DNA from: Malacoraja senta
Taxonomy: Eukaryota
DNA: 60,000 nucleotides
NCBI GenBank assembly: GCA_038087875.1
Contig: CM075990.1
Coordinates: forward strand, 15,936,001 to 15,996,000
Reading direction: 5' to 3'
Position numbers and translations under genes: made by a program. Positions within the stretch are counted from its first letter, which is position 1, and every line of letters begins with the position of its first letter. This document shows positions 26,278 through 39,194 of the stretch, in pieces. The notes below the pieces were generated by a model. It was given only the letters and a program-made list of their open reading frames with translations. It searched no databases and was not told the origin of the DNA.

Positions 26278-27097
26278 CTTTTATTGTCACGTGTACTGAG
26301 GTACAGTGAAATTTGATTTACCGTACAGTCATACCAAAAAAGCGACAAGATACAAAACTATATAAAGATTAAACATAAACAGCCACACAGCGGCATGTGA
26401 GAATCCCCAGGGCACACAGCATAAGCGGAGACCCACAGCCATCAGTCCAATGTCAGGGCCACACACACACACACACGCTCCTTCACCGTGATGTGACTAG
26501 AGTTGTACCGACTGCTGTCACTCTCTCTGCAGTCCCTGTCCGCCCGAACAGTCAGAAAGACTCCGGGATGTCCTCATGGCGCGATGTCCCCGCAAACACC
26601 GAGATCACTGCACTCCCTCCGAGTCCCCCACCAGCGCAGGTAGCACGTCCAGCTTGTTTTTCGGTGACCTTACATTCCCCACTGTGATGGAAGGCAAATA
26701 ACGTTTACCTTCTTCCTCCTTTTCTCCCGCGGTCGGGGCAAGCGAAACATCCGCAGTCGGGGCGATCGAAGCTCCCGCAGTCGGCGATCGTAGCCCCCGC
26801 AATGGGGCGATCGAGGCTCCTGCGATTGGGGCGGTCGAAGCACCTGCGGTTGGAGCTCCCAAAGTCAATCCCTAACAAAGGGACCGCCAGCTCCATGATG
26901 TTAAGGCCCCAGTGCAGACGGAGATACGATCGGAAAAAGTCGCATCTCCGTCGAGGGAAGAAATAAAAAAAAGTCCACGTCCCTCCCCCCCACCACAGAA
27001 TACAAAAACTAAAGATACACTAAAACATACAAATAAAACAGACTAAAAGCAACAAAAAGAAGAAAGGGACGAGACAGGCTGCTGGCGAGGCTGCCAT
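26278..27097 (-). mobile_element. GC-rich non-autonomous retroelement with Rex1-like tail and internal minisatellite
   Basis: 5' atggcagcctcgccagcagcc, homologous to 47620-48335; tail aatttcactgtacctcagtacacgtgacaataaa. Confidence 0.7.
26729..26860. repeat. ~24-bp GC-rich minisatellite, ~5.5 copies
   Basis: Unit gcagtcggggcgatcgaagctccc with variants. Confidence 0.85.
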
Positions 27098-28311
27098 GTA
27101 CGATTTATAATTGATAAGTCAGGAATAAAAATTCAGGGACAGCTTTTCACTGTACCTCGGCACACACGACAATACACTAAACTGAACTAGCTACAACATC
27201 AGAATTAATCTCTAAGGGGACACAGATTCAGAATATAGTTCCCCCGCATAAGGAGATCTTTTCTCTTGCAGTATCTGATTGTACCAGACTCGCTGTCCTA
27301 ACACGTCTACACTGACTGGACAGAAGCAGATGACCCATCTCACTAGCCCTCTGTATACTCGCATGGGACAGCAGGAAATGATTGGAAACTCGACCCCAAG
27401 CAATATGGCACAATGCCTTTTACCTGCAGAACGCGACAGAGAGAAGGCTCTCTCTAAGAGGTTACAATTTCTAAATGCCCCTATTAACTTAAAGCTCAAA
27501 ACTAAATAAAAACAATTAAACATTTATTTATTTTACATTCCTCTTTGTGTTCTAATCTAGAGACGCAGGATTCCCCAATGAATATATTGCATAAACTCAC
27601 ACCATGCAATTTATTTCAGTGGCGGACCAGAAAACAAGCCGCCTTTTCCACAAAGCTAATAATGAAGCAAGACCCAACAATAAATCATGTACATATTGTC
27701 TTTCCGCTGACTGGTTTGCAAGCACAAAAGCTTTTCACTGTACCTCCGTACACATGACAATTAACTAAACTGAAACTGAACTGTGCGGATTTCTGCAAAG
27801 GTGTGTAAAGAAGTGTGGCTTTGAAGTCCCAGACTCTCAACTCATGAACAAGTCCAAATTTTAACTTCTGTTTGAATGGCTGAACAAGGGGTTCCTTCAG
27901 AACTACCAGTCAGCACTGGTGGGCCTCAGGCAATGTTCAGTTTTAATTTCACTTAACACTTTTCAACAGAATCCAACTACACACCGATTATTCGTGTCAC
28001 TTTAATGACAGCCTCCGTTTCCTATAATTACTTGCTTAAAATTATTCTCAGTTTGCGAGCATCAGTCTCTCAACATAAAAACGATGATCATGGATATATC
28101 TGGGTAAACCTGGGTTCTTGAAATGCAGAATCCTTTGCTCTGTTGGTTGAAGTGGAAAAGGAAAGTGATTATGTAATTCACAGTTTAAACTACCCCTTTC
28201 AATATTATTTCCTATAGCTATGGAGAACCTGTCCAGGGCACATTATTCCTATATATTTATATTTCTACTATTTGGTGATATAGTTTTAGTTATGTTAACT
28301 ATAATGTATTG

Positions 28312-28590
28312 CGGCACAACACGGCACACCAGAGACCCGGGTTCGATCCTGACTGGGTGCTGTCTGTGTAGTGTTTGCTTCTTCTCCCTGTGACTGTGTG
28401 TTTCCTCTGGGTGCTCCTGTTTCCTCCCATATCCCAAAGACGTGCGGGTTTGTATGTCAATTGGTCTCTGTAAAATAGAAATTGCCTCTAATGTGTAGAG
28501 AGTGGATCAAAAAATGGGATAACATAGAATTAGTGTGATCAGGTGATAAATGGTTGGCCAAAGAGCCTGTTTCCATGCTGTAATTCTATA
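28312..28590 (+). mobile_element. V-SINE
   Basis: B box gggttcgatcc and conserved core. Confidence 0.75.
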
Positions 28591-28978
28591 CTGTACTAAA
28601 TATATAATTCAGCATTTTTACATTTTTCTTCACACTAAACTTTTTTTAGTCGGGCTGGGCATATCAACAGCTTCAATTAACAGGATGACCTAATTAGCAG
28701 TTATTTTCCTTTTAGCTTAATTTCTCCATGGTATTATTTAGATATTTTGGCATTTATAGCTTTTAACTAAAAGCAGTTCTATTAAATAGCACTAAGTAGG
28801 TTAACCTGCTACCACTTTTACTGGTCCCTTTGTCCATGGTGTTTAGGGTTCAGTAATGACCCTGTACACCATGAAAATTGGCCCTTCGGTCCATCTTATC
28901 CCTGCTGTCAGGTTGGCACACTAGGCAAATCCCATTTGCCTGTATTTAGCTCTTTGCACCCTTCTTATCCATATATCC

Positions 28979-29073
28979 GTAGATCAGTCTGGTTTCGGCC
29001 CGAAACGTTGCCTATTTCCTTCGCTCCATAGATGCTGCCGCACCCTCTGAGTTTCTCCAGCAATTTTGTCCAC
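28979..29073 (+). mobile_element. internally deleted Penelope-derived short element
   Basis: 15-bp TSD cttatccatatatcc at 28964-28978 and 29074-29088. Confidence 0.75.
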
Positions 29074-29488
29074 CTTATCCATATATCCATTGGGGCAGTT
29101 GTGAAGTAGCAGTCCAATTATTTATAATTGATTTGGAGAATTGGTTATGAAGGTTTGTACTTATTGTAAACACAGGAGGAGTCAGAAGCGAACAGGGTCA
29201 CACTGTAAATTGAAACTAACAAGTTGATATGGTCAAACCAGCCAGTGGAATCTGATGAAATAATAATTGTGGGTTCTGTCTGTCCACAAATGATCAGTTC
29301 TCAACATCGATTCAATCTTTAAATATAATACAATACAATCAAAAAATGTGTCTTCCCCAAGGGTTTCCCAATTAAAACGTTTGTCTGAATTAAACAAACT
29401 AAAGAAAACTGTATTTATTGATTGCACTAAATAATACAAAACTTTTGATATCCAAGACATTGTTGAGATTCTCCTTTGTTTGTTAGCG

Positions 29489-30014
29489 TTGTGGTTCCCA
29501 AACCTTTTCACCCCTCTGCCCCCTTGGCTCCATAAACCATCCCCAGTGCCACCTCCAACCCTACCCAACGCATGTTCAGAATAGCAGTTTGCACAACCCA
29601 CTAAAGAGGATGACAACACAACAACATTCAAAGCAGCAACAATTAATTGCACATTTATTCAAAATCTAATTACAACTTTTAAGTTTAACGAAATCGATGA
29701 ACTTGATCCAGTGATAGCAACTTTTCAAAGTCTGTTTGTCATTTAGCTAGTTAAATAATTTCTCAATGTGATGGATGAGCTTGATGAAGTGTTACCAGTT
29801 TTCCAACCTTGAGATGTTCCAAGAAATACTATTTAGCAAAACAGTGTGCACTTTTAGAAAGAAGGTCAGTGGAACACATGGCATACTGACCCCTCTCTTG
29901 CCCAATGCCTTGCCCACCTCCATTGTCCCAATGCTACCCTCTTGCCTCTTAGCACCCCCTCTGGGTTATCCCACAGCCCCTAGGGGGCAGGGCCACCCAC
30001 TTTGGAAACCACTG
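29489..30014. mobile_element. old hAT/Charlie-like MITE
   Basis: gtggttcccaaac ... tttggaaaccactg (CAGTGGTTYCCAAA-type TIR); TSD not recognisable. Confidence 0.55.
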
Positions 30015-30106
30015 GTGGAGAATGATACTATTACCAGTTGGAACCAAAGATTGAACACTGGTACCTTGGTAGAATGATTAAGTAGCATTCACCTAAAATG
30101 ATAGGA

Positions 30107-30156
30107 TCTTATACTGTGGCTCCACCATCTCTCTTATACTGTGGCTCCACCATCTC
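30107..30156. repeat. perfect 25-bp tandem duplication
   Basis: tcttatactgtggctccaccatctc x2. Confidence 0.95.
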
Positions 30157-30519
30157 AAATGATAAAAAATAATGTGTTATTAATGGGTTATGAAATGTTG
30201 AATATATTTACATTATAATTCAGCTCACATATTCAATTCCCGATGCTGTTACTGCAAAAGTATTTCATTTAATCATATTCACATTTCTGCCTACTTTTTT
30301 GGGGAAGCAGTTAATACATGGGTATAAATCATGCATCGGTATTGATGAAAGACAGGGTGTACACATAGATTTTGTGGTTCTGAAGTCCTGGCTAGATTAT
30401 TTTTATTTCCACTTCTTTTCACTTTTTGGACAAAAGCAAATATTAATATTATATACCTTTACAGAGTAAAAAATAAAAAGCATGCATTATTGATCCTGGC
30501 AGAGGCAACCCATAGGAAT

Positions 30520-30838
30520 TATGTTCGTAAGTGATAGGAGCAGAATTAGGTCATTTGGCTCATCGTTTACTCTGCCATTCAATCATGGCTGATCTATCTC
30601 TCCTTCCGAACCCCATTCTCCCGCCTACTCCCAATAATCTGAGACACCTGTACTAATCAAGCATCTATCTATCTATGGCTTAAAAATATCAATTGATCTG
30701 GCCTCCACAGCCTTCTGTGGCAATGAATTCCAGATTTACCACCCTCTGACTAAAGAAATTCCTCCTCATCTCCATTCTAAAGGAACGCCCTTTTATTCTG
30801 AGGCTATGACCACCCCACTGAGGCTAGACTCTCCCACT
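30520..30838 (-). mobile_element. CR1 LINE 3' fragment
   Basis: Homologous to 21475-22002 and 310-505. Confidence 0.8.
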
Positions 30839-31064
30839 AATTAATCCTGTTCAGAACATTCCCAGTCATTGAAGTCAAGAAGCCAACAGACAAAAATACA
30901 GGCTTACTTTGTTATAACGAACCGCTTTACAATGGATTTTGGTTAAAGTGGATGGAGTGCTCCCACAGTAATCAATCACCACTGTCCCTTTAAGAACACA
31001 GGCTGCCAGTTACAGCACGAGAGGCCATAGACATTGACAGCCAGTTGATTCAGTCGACACTTAA

Positions 31065-31747
31065 CCCCCTGTCCCACTTACGTGGCCTTGGCATGCTAAT
31101 TACGCGACCTCGTGGTCGCGTTGAGGCGCGATGGTCCCGCGAAGGTCGCGCGCGACTTCATGCGCCCGCACAGCTGTCTGGAGCGCATGATGTCATTTGA
31201 AGATGGACACAAAATGCAGGAGTAACTCAGCGGGACCGGCAGTATCTCTGGAGAGAAGCAATGGGTGATGATTCGTGTCGAGACTCTTCTTCAGTCTGAA
31301 AGAAGGGTCTTGACCCGAAACGTCACCCATTGCTTCTCTCCAGAGATGCTGCCGGTCCCGCTGAGTTACTCCAGCATTTTGTGTCTATCTTCAATTTTCT
31401 TGGCCCCGCTCTGGGAGTAAAAGTGGGGGCGGATCCGGACCGCAACGGACGTGAGCCCCAGGCCGAGATCGGCGAATGTTTGCCTGCTTCTGCTGCTGTT
31501 GGAGGTGAGATGTTGCGTCGCGCCAGGGTCTTGGGCCTGACCCACTTTGGCCCTTAGTTACGCGACAGGCCGTTGGCGCGCGAAGATTTTGTTCACTACA
31601 AAAATTTCAGAGCCCCGTGCAATGTCGCGCACAACTACATACCCCTCCGCGCTTCTCAGTGGGACCGGCCCCGCGCGGCCATACGATGCCCATGCGCCTC
31701 AACGCGACCACAATTGCGTGCCAAGGACACGTAAGTGGGACAGGCCC
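31065..31747. mobile_element. MITE of the same TIR group carrying a palindromic PLE fragment
   Basis: Long imperfect TIRs (cctgtcccacttacgtg...); flanks ttaa / ttta; CpG-rich. Confidence 0.85.
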
Positions 31748-31973
31748 TTTATGCAATGATGCTCTGTTAAACAATGTAACAAACAGCTTTCAGTATTTTT
31801 AGTTTGCAGTAACAGAAATACATTTTTTGATGTTTACAAAGAACTTTGTATTTGAATGCAACTTGTTTCATGGAGTGTCACTGCTAGGTAATTTGGGCGA
31901 ATCCTTTAAGTCGGCTATAGTGGACAATCGGTAGTAATGGAAACTATTCCCCCCATGGGTTATCTGTAACAAT

Positions 31974-32285
31974 AGTCATACAGCGTGGAAACAGGGCCTT
32001 CGGTCCAACTTGCCTGCACTGGCAAACATGGCCCAGCTACTCTGGTCCCACCTGCCTGCGCTTGGCCCATATCCCTCCAAACCTGTCCTATCCATATACC
32101 CGTCTAACTTTTTCTTAAACATTAGGATAGTCCCTGCCTCAACTACCTCCTCTGGCAGCTCGTTCCATACACCCACCACCCTTTGTGTGAAAACGTTACC
32201 CCTCAGATTCCTATTAAATCTTTTCCCCTTCACAAACCTATGTCCTCTGGTCCTCGATTCAACCTATGTCCTCGGTCCTCGATTC
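31974..32285 (-). mobile_element. CR1 (HER1-like) LINE 3' fragment with a 26-bp duplication at the truncation point
   Basis: FTQRVVGVWNELP; aacctatgtcctc(t)ggtcctcgattc x2 at 32235-32285. Confidence 0.88.
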
Positions 32286-34742
32286 AATGTTATATCTGGC
32301 TGCACATTAGTGCTGCAACAAATGTGGGATATTATTATGAATATGTTCTCTTAATAATTATATTATCGGGTATCAATTACATGGGACCATTATTAAAGGA
32401 ACCATGTATTAATCTAAGTTTTGACTGGACATCTGGAGAGGTTAAATGGTTGATAGTTAAATTGATCTCCATTGCTACAAAACTCATGAGCATGTAAACA
32501 AACTAACCAATTTTCCACAGAAACATCTACAATTTAGCTCGATACTGAAAATAGCCAGAATGTTATAAAAATAAGGAACATAATCAATTTTATAATTACT
32601 GTAATAGTTTCTGAATTAAATTTAGTAATATCCTGCTCAATGGAAGGAGAAAATATTGAAAGCACAAAGCAGGTCCTTTATTTCCTTACAAAGGCAGATC
32701 ATTATTTCTGAAGTAGATGGGTAATCAGAATTCAATTCTTTACTTGGAAACTGTAATTTAAATTGTAATTTTGACTGTTTGCAATTTGAACTTCTTCCTG
32801 AAACATTCATTTCTGTACATATTTCTCTCCACAAATGAATTCTGAAAGTCTAATCTTACTTTCTTCAATCAATTTTGCTTTGCAACTGAAACTCTACCTA
32901 ACATATGGTGCCGATTTGATTGATTCTTGGACGGGGTGAGGTGGAGTCTGAAAACTGATTTGTTTGTAAACTGTCATCAATTTTCAACCTTTGAGGTGAA
33001 GATTATTCCTTAAAAAAAAATCAAATTGCTCATATCTTTAATTCCACAGATTAAGCCGTGATGCAAATATTCCTTTGGAAAATTATGTATCAGCCTCTTC
33101 TCTTTCGAGCACTAAATATGTTGTCTTCTGATGGTAATGTGCATTCTTCTGTACGTACTTTTCCAGTTCGCTAAAGCTGATTACTGTGCATTAGTTGCAG
33201 ATACACGAAAACTTAGATGTCACAAATTCTTTTTTGAACACCATCTTGGCTAACTCTTTATTCATCAGTCCCTCTGAGACATATTTTGCAGCTTTGTGAA
33301 GCTATGTTTAGTATTTAAACAAGTCCACAAGCCTAATTTTGCACAAGAAAATGAAATATATAGCACTTGAAATTTTCTCTTGTCTTCGTTCACCAATGTC
33401 CATCTGCCTGATTTTCTTCAATTTTTCTTTCTCACTATTTTTGTAAGAACAGTGGGTACTTGCTATCCCGAAGAGCATAGATTTGTAACACCTCAGGAAA
33501 ATCAACACTAAGTTATAATTGGAAGTTTTGTTTTCAATTCTCAGAGGGAACATGCGGCTACTTGAAGGTCAAATTAATCCAAAGTTGCACTTGTTCCATC
33601 TTGCCTGTGATCTATGCAATTTAGAAATAAGAAAATAGAAGAGCAGTTTAACGGCAAGAAACAAGCTTCAGTTAATCAAGACTTGAACAAACTGAGAAGG
33701 AACTGACAAGTTTGAATGAATACGGCTGGGAATATTTGTATTTACTTGCTTCAAAAGTCTACATTAAAAAGTTTTTTAAAAAATGGTTAAACATTAGCAC
33801 TTTATGAAGATTGCCTCCCACCTTTTATTTGTTCTATATTCTGTATTCATACATGTCCATTACCTCTTCTCCCATCTCCTGCACATTCCTTTTTTCTGTT
33901 TTCTACTCTGATCATCTGTTGGAAAGAAATGACTGGGATATCAAAGGAGGCTGGAGCATACATGTGATCACCAATCCAGCTTACTATCGACTGCTAACGG
34001 ATAAATTTAAATAATGCATCAATGGTGTTGTATACCCAATGTTAAATATTTCGTCTTCATGTTCAGATAGTTTTGACTGGACATTTTCAGTGGGGATATT
34101 GGAATCAAAATGGATGTTTAGTAAATATGGGTAATTTCTATTAATAAAATGGAAGAAAATAATTTTCATTATAAAAAAACCTCTGTGTGTGCAAGTGAAT
34201 GGATAATCAACGCATTGATGACTTTTTAAATCACACTCTACATACCTGCAACATTTTAGAACATAGAACCGTGTAGCATAAGAACCGACTCTTTGGCCCA
34301 CAATGTGTGTCATGGTGCCAAGACCAACTCTTATCTACCCGCACATAACCCACATTCCTCCATTCCATGCATATCCATATACCTACCCAAAAGTCTTATC
34401 TCTGCCTCAACCCCCACCCCTGTCAGCATGCTCCAAGCACTCACCAACCTCTGGGTGAAAAAAACTTGCCTCACACATCTCCTTTAAACTTGGCCCCTCT
34501 CACCTTAAAGCTATGTCCACTGGTAATTAATGTTGCCATCCTGGTCCATTTCATCCATTCTGATCCATACCATCCACAAGTTATGGGACACACACACACA
34601 CACACCTAAATCAAGGTGTTCCTGTTGTTCCTTGGGTAAAATTCATCATTAGCTTTTACAAGTCCGTGTTATGCTTCAAACATTTCACTTCGTTATCTAT
34701 TGGGTGCATGAAAAGACACACAACGAATATCAGAAATTAACC

Positions 34743-34748
34743 TTTATT
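34743..34748 (-). promoter_or_regulatory. distal polyadenylation signal AATAAA
   Basis: tttatt on + strand; followed ~20 nt downstream on - by the GU/U-rich tract cgttgtgtgtctttt; UGUA motif upstream. Confidence 0.7.
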
Positions 34749-36207
34749 CTTGTACTAATCAATTGCTTTACATTTGATACAAAGTAATCTTTTAGCGCAG
34801 AATAAAAATATCAGTACCTGTTCACTTTGTACCATCTATATCACACTCTGACTGTGCCCTGCAATAACTTACATTGGCAGTAGATGCATGGGGATCGAGT
34901 CACTGAATCAGTGAGTTTGGACATGTACACGGAGCCAAAATTCAAATCCGAACAATGCGACAAAACGCTTTACTCGTGAAAGGGAGGCTTCTTCACTGCC
35001 AGAACAAGTTATTACAGAAAATAATAAATAAGTTGTTCTACCTCTCCGCAGGATGTGAATCAAGTGAACAACTTGCCAAAATTATGTTTGATGCCTTAAT
35101 ATTTTTGTAACCTTTTAAATCCAATTGTTAAAATGCAATACTTTGCTTTTTGACACAGTATGCAAGAAAACGTCCCTTTTCATTACGGTATGCAAATGTA
35201 AGCAGTTTATGCATTTTGAGGAATGTTTGAAAGGCCATCATGCGCCAGAGAATTATTGAAATGTGAGGAACAGTTTTGTGTTTCTTTAATGGTTCATTTG
35301 CATTGAAGACAGTAGGTACAGCAGTGAACTACCTAAAAACATGAGACAAACTGGAGGACCAAGAGCAATCCTGTGTTAGGCACACATGGATTCACAAGTG
35401 CAACATGAAAACAGAGGAAACAAATGTTGACAATTTGGCACAATATATGACAAAAAAAACATCCATAAGCATTGCAGATTCAATGACTGCTTTCCAGACA
35501 GTGGCAACACTACAATTATTTACTGTGCCTTATAACTACATTTACTTAGACAAATCATCCAAGGGAAATATTTTCTTCAAGTTAAATAAATCTATTTGAC
35601 TGCTACACACACAGATTTTTTTCTTTTTTTAAAAAAAGCTCAACATAACTTGCAAAATTGCACCGATGAGTTTCTTCAATATTTACAGCTTTTAGAAAGT
35701 GTCGTATCAGCATGCTAGGCCTAGCCAAAGGTTCATTACTCCATTGCTACACAATATTAGGCCCAACAATTAAGGTTTTAGTTTATACAATATGATCAGA
35801 TACATTATGCTGTTTACATATCAAGATCCATGCAGAAAAATATATTTGACAGACGATAAAAACAGAAACATATGCAGTGGTCTGCCCTTCAAGAGAGTGC
35901 ACACAAATTTCATAACTCACTCCAAACAGTACCAGTCACTATATCATTTCCCAACTACAAGAACACACTGTACCAATTCTATAACGTTTAACCTGTTTGT
36001 AGAACCTCAGGGCGACATCATGTAACCAGGTAAACCTGCCCATTCACATGCACAAACCTCATTCAAAAGAGCTGGCTTATCCAAAGTATGGAGAGTAAGT
36101 CAACAAAAATAAAAACATTCAAGTAAATATTTAAAAACAAATAATCAGGAAACATTACTTGTAAACGTGTCTTTCTAAGTTTTAGTTGCAACATCACTTT
36201 TCCAACT

Positions 36208-36213
36208 TTTATT
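36208..36213 (-). promoter_or_regulatory. possible proximal polyadenylation signal AATAAA
   Basis: tttatt on + strand, ~250 nt after the stop; weaker downstream element. Confidence 0.35.
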
Positions 36214-36463
36214 AGTGTGCTGGGGATCAAGAAGGCAGAATAAAATATATATTTTAAAATCAGTCCTGTAAAAATCCAATTTGAAGTTTTTGTTGTTGTA
36301 TTGCAGTACAGTAGATGTCAGGACTATTTAACAGCGTGCTGAAAACCTTTCCTGCACCTCATTACTCCTTTCAGCATGCTGTCTCTTCTGTGTAATCCGC
36401 AATCTTCAGGACAGTTGTAATCCAAGCTACACCAACACGAGTGTGAGCTGCCAAACTGAGGCC

Positions 36464-36567
36464 CTACAGAGTTCCAGCTGGAATCCAAAGGACTTTGTTC
36501 TGTTCTTGATCAACAATTGTCATGATTTGAGTGCAAATGTAGGGCAGGGTACCTCCTTGGACGATGC
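36464..36567 (-). CDS. dlg5: DLG5 last coding exon (stop TAG at 36466-36464)
   Basis: ttttgcag|GC; 104 nt; (G)IVQGGTLPYICTQIMTIVDQEQNKVLWIPAGTL*, matching the DLG5 C-terminus. Confidence 0.97.
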
Positions 36568-37547
36568 CTGCAAAAAGAGAAAATACATTTACAGGTAAAG
36601 AGAAAAGTTTAAAAGTGTAGGATTCGACTTAATTAATTTGTAAATTAAATGTGCAAACTAGGGAATTTATGGAAGCATACCCAAAATCAATATTTTATTG
36701 CTGCTAGTCTTATAATCCTGTCTATGAAACATAATTTCCTCAATAAAGACTTGCACAGAGCACAGGAACAGGCCCTTTGGCCCACAATAACTATGCGGAA
36801 AATGATAAACTAAACTTATAGTTAAAGCTTTGTTCCTATATCGAGTATATATGTGAAGGGTGTGTTACAATAGAAAATAAACAATACAATAAACAAGAAT
36901 GCTGGGTTTGATGTAGTCTAGATTTTGAAACCAAAATAATTAGCTTTCTTTTCTTAACTCTCAATTTTTCCCCCTATTTTTGCTCAGTTTGCAGGCTCTG
37001 GATGCCAGAAAACCAGTTTAACTCTCCCAGAGAAGCAGATGAATTCAACAGCAGCTAAAGGGGGTGGCCTGATATTGTGTTCATCCAAATTAGTTCATAG
37101 AGCCGTACCGTAGTTCTGCATGGAAACAGGCCCTTCAGCCCAACTTGCCCATGCCGACTAAGATGTCCCATCTACTCTAGCCCATCTGTCCACGATTGGC
37201 CCTTATCCCGCTAAGCCTTTCCTATTCATGTACCCGTCCAAATGTTTTTCTAAATATTGTTACATTACGTGCCTCAGCTACTTCCTCTGGCAGCTGATTC
37301 CATATACCTACCACCCAGTGATCACATTTGTTTATTTTTAAAACCAATTGTATATTCTTGATGAAGTACATGGGTCCAAAACTGGCTACAGTCCAAACTC
37401 TGACAAGCAGTGTAGCCCAGCTAAATGTACAGGGAAATACTTTTCTGTTGATGTAGCCCATGATAATATAAAATGGAGTCAAGATGGCTAAACTGTATCC
37501 AAGATATGTCCAGAAAGACATTCATCTATAATTACATATAATCAATG

Positions 37548-37787
37548 TAGTTTACACCCCCAGTGGTATGAACATTGATTTCTCCAATTTCAGGTAGTCC
37601 CTGCTTTCTCCTTCTTTCCCCTCCCCTTCCCAGCTCACCCTCAGCCCACAGTCTCCGCCTCTTCCTTTCTTCTTCCTGCCCCCCACCCTCACATCAGTCT
37701 GAAGAAGGGTCTCAACCCGAAACATCGCCTATTTCCTTCGCTGCATAGATGCTGCCTCACCCGCTGAGTTTCTCCAGCATTTTTGTC
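37548..37787 (+). mobile_element. 5'-truncated Penelope-like element: ORF end, pyrimidine tract, hammerhead motif
   Basis: PSGMNIDFSNFR* (37559-37597); CTGAAGAagggtctcaacccGAAAc; perfect 15-bp TSD tacatataatcaatg at 37533-37547 and 37788-37802. Confidence 0.85.
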
Positions 37788-38904
37788 TACATATAATCAA
37801 TGGATATTTTTAAGGCAGAGATAGATAGATTCTTGATTAGTATGAATGTCAGGGGTTATGGGGAGAAGGCAGGAGGATGGGGTTAGGAGGGAGATAGATC
37901 AGCTACGATTGAATGGCATAGACTCGATGGGCTGAATGGCCTCACTCTACTCCTATGACATGACCTTATGACCCTTTACTGTATATTCTGCATAAGTCTT
38001 TCTCCCAGAAGTAAAAAGACAAAGGAGAAAAAAAGTATCCAAACGTATAGAATATGTATTTCCCACACTAATCTTGGAAGCCTTGTACGTAGTCAATTTA
38101 GTTAAGCTACAAGATGGTTTTCTATTGCTGCAGGACCTTCCCAATATTGAATAATCAATATTTGCATTACTTACAGCTTATTTACAGACCATTCTTACAC
38201 GGTATTTTTCTCCATACAAAAGATATATGTGAATTCAAATTGAAGTATAATCACATTAGTTACATAGCATAGAATTGCTCTGTTATGTCATACTAAAAGG
38301 ATCTGCCTCACTTAAACTAAAAGGATATAAAAGGATAAGCTAAAATGATAACGTATCATTCATTCAAAAGGGAAAACCTAGGGAACTGAATGTGAAAGCA
38401 TTTGGTATCTAACAACATGTGCTTTATTACTTGGGGTAAATATTGAATTCTCCCCCTCCCCCTGGGATTTTGAAGCTTCCGATAGGAAATTACTTTTTGT
38501 TACAGATGGATAACACTGTGTAAACTTAAAATTACATAAAGCAGCCTCTCTTCCTGCATCTGCTCGCTCTTGTCACAGCTATCTTTGTGAACCATTCCCA
38601 CACACTGATTTCATTCATTCATTTCTGGCTTAAACTCTGGGTTATGAACAGTTCTCAGGAACAGAACCCTGTCACAACATGGGGACTTCCCTCGACTGTA
38701 ACCTTTGACAACTTTGCTCTTTTATTACTCAAACTAGTGTAAGCCGTTATCAAACAACCAGTTTACAAAACACCCAGTTAGTTACAAAGGGTGTCTGATA
38801 ACGGCAATCAACATTAATCTCAAAGGCAATCGGAATTTTAGATTTCACGTTTTTCTTCTGTAGCTATTGACCACAGCTGACAATTCACCACAGAAATGCA
38901 TTGG

Positions 38905-38924
38905 GCAGTGCCATCTAGTGTTAC
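38905..38924 (-). promoter_or_regulatory. CTCF-like motif in the last dlg5 intron
   Basis: Minus strand GTAACACTAGATGGCACTGC closely matches the CTCF core (CCACTAGATGGCAC type) and lies in unique sequence. Confidence 0.5.
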
Positions 38925-38967
38925 TGCATTGTTAGTGGAGAGCAAAACCAAGCAACAGGTCAAACTT

Positions 38968-39194
38968 AGTGTAGGAACAAAGACCTGCAGATTTTCTGTC
39001 CATTTGTGATTTGGGCTTATCTTTGGTCTGTACCAAAGATTGTCACATGGTGCTGGAGTAACTCAATGGGTCAAGCAGCATCTCTGGAGGAAAAGGATGG
39101 GTAACATTTCGAGTCGGGACCCAAAACATCAACCATCCTTTTCCTCCACAGATGCTGTCTGACCTGCTGAGTTACTCCGGCATTTTGTGTCTTT
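38968..39194. mobile_element. palindromic Penelope-derived insertion in a dlg5 intron
   Basis: Inverted arms joined at stem II; perfect 14-bp TSD aacaggtcaaactt at 38954-38967 and 39195-39208. Confidence 0.8.

Larger units (their letters stand above)
34725..36463 (-). other. dlg5: dlg5 3' UTR (approximate distal end)
   Basis: AT-rich, free of recognisable repeats, from the stop codon to an AATAAA with a downstream GU-rich element. Confidence 0.7.

Noticed and set aside
1..34700. Short ORFs (60-140 aa) in the left part as exons of another gene
   Set aside because: Most overlap SINE, LINE or PLE copies or lack recognisable protein similarity and coherent splice structure. Small or non-coding exons cannot be excluded.
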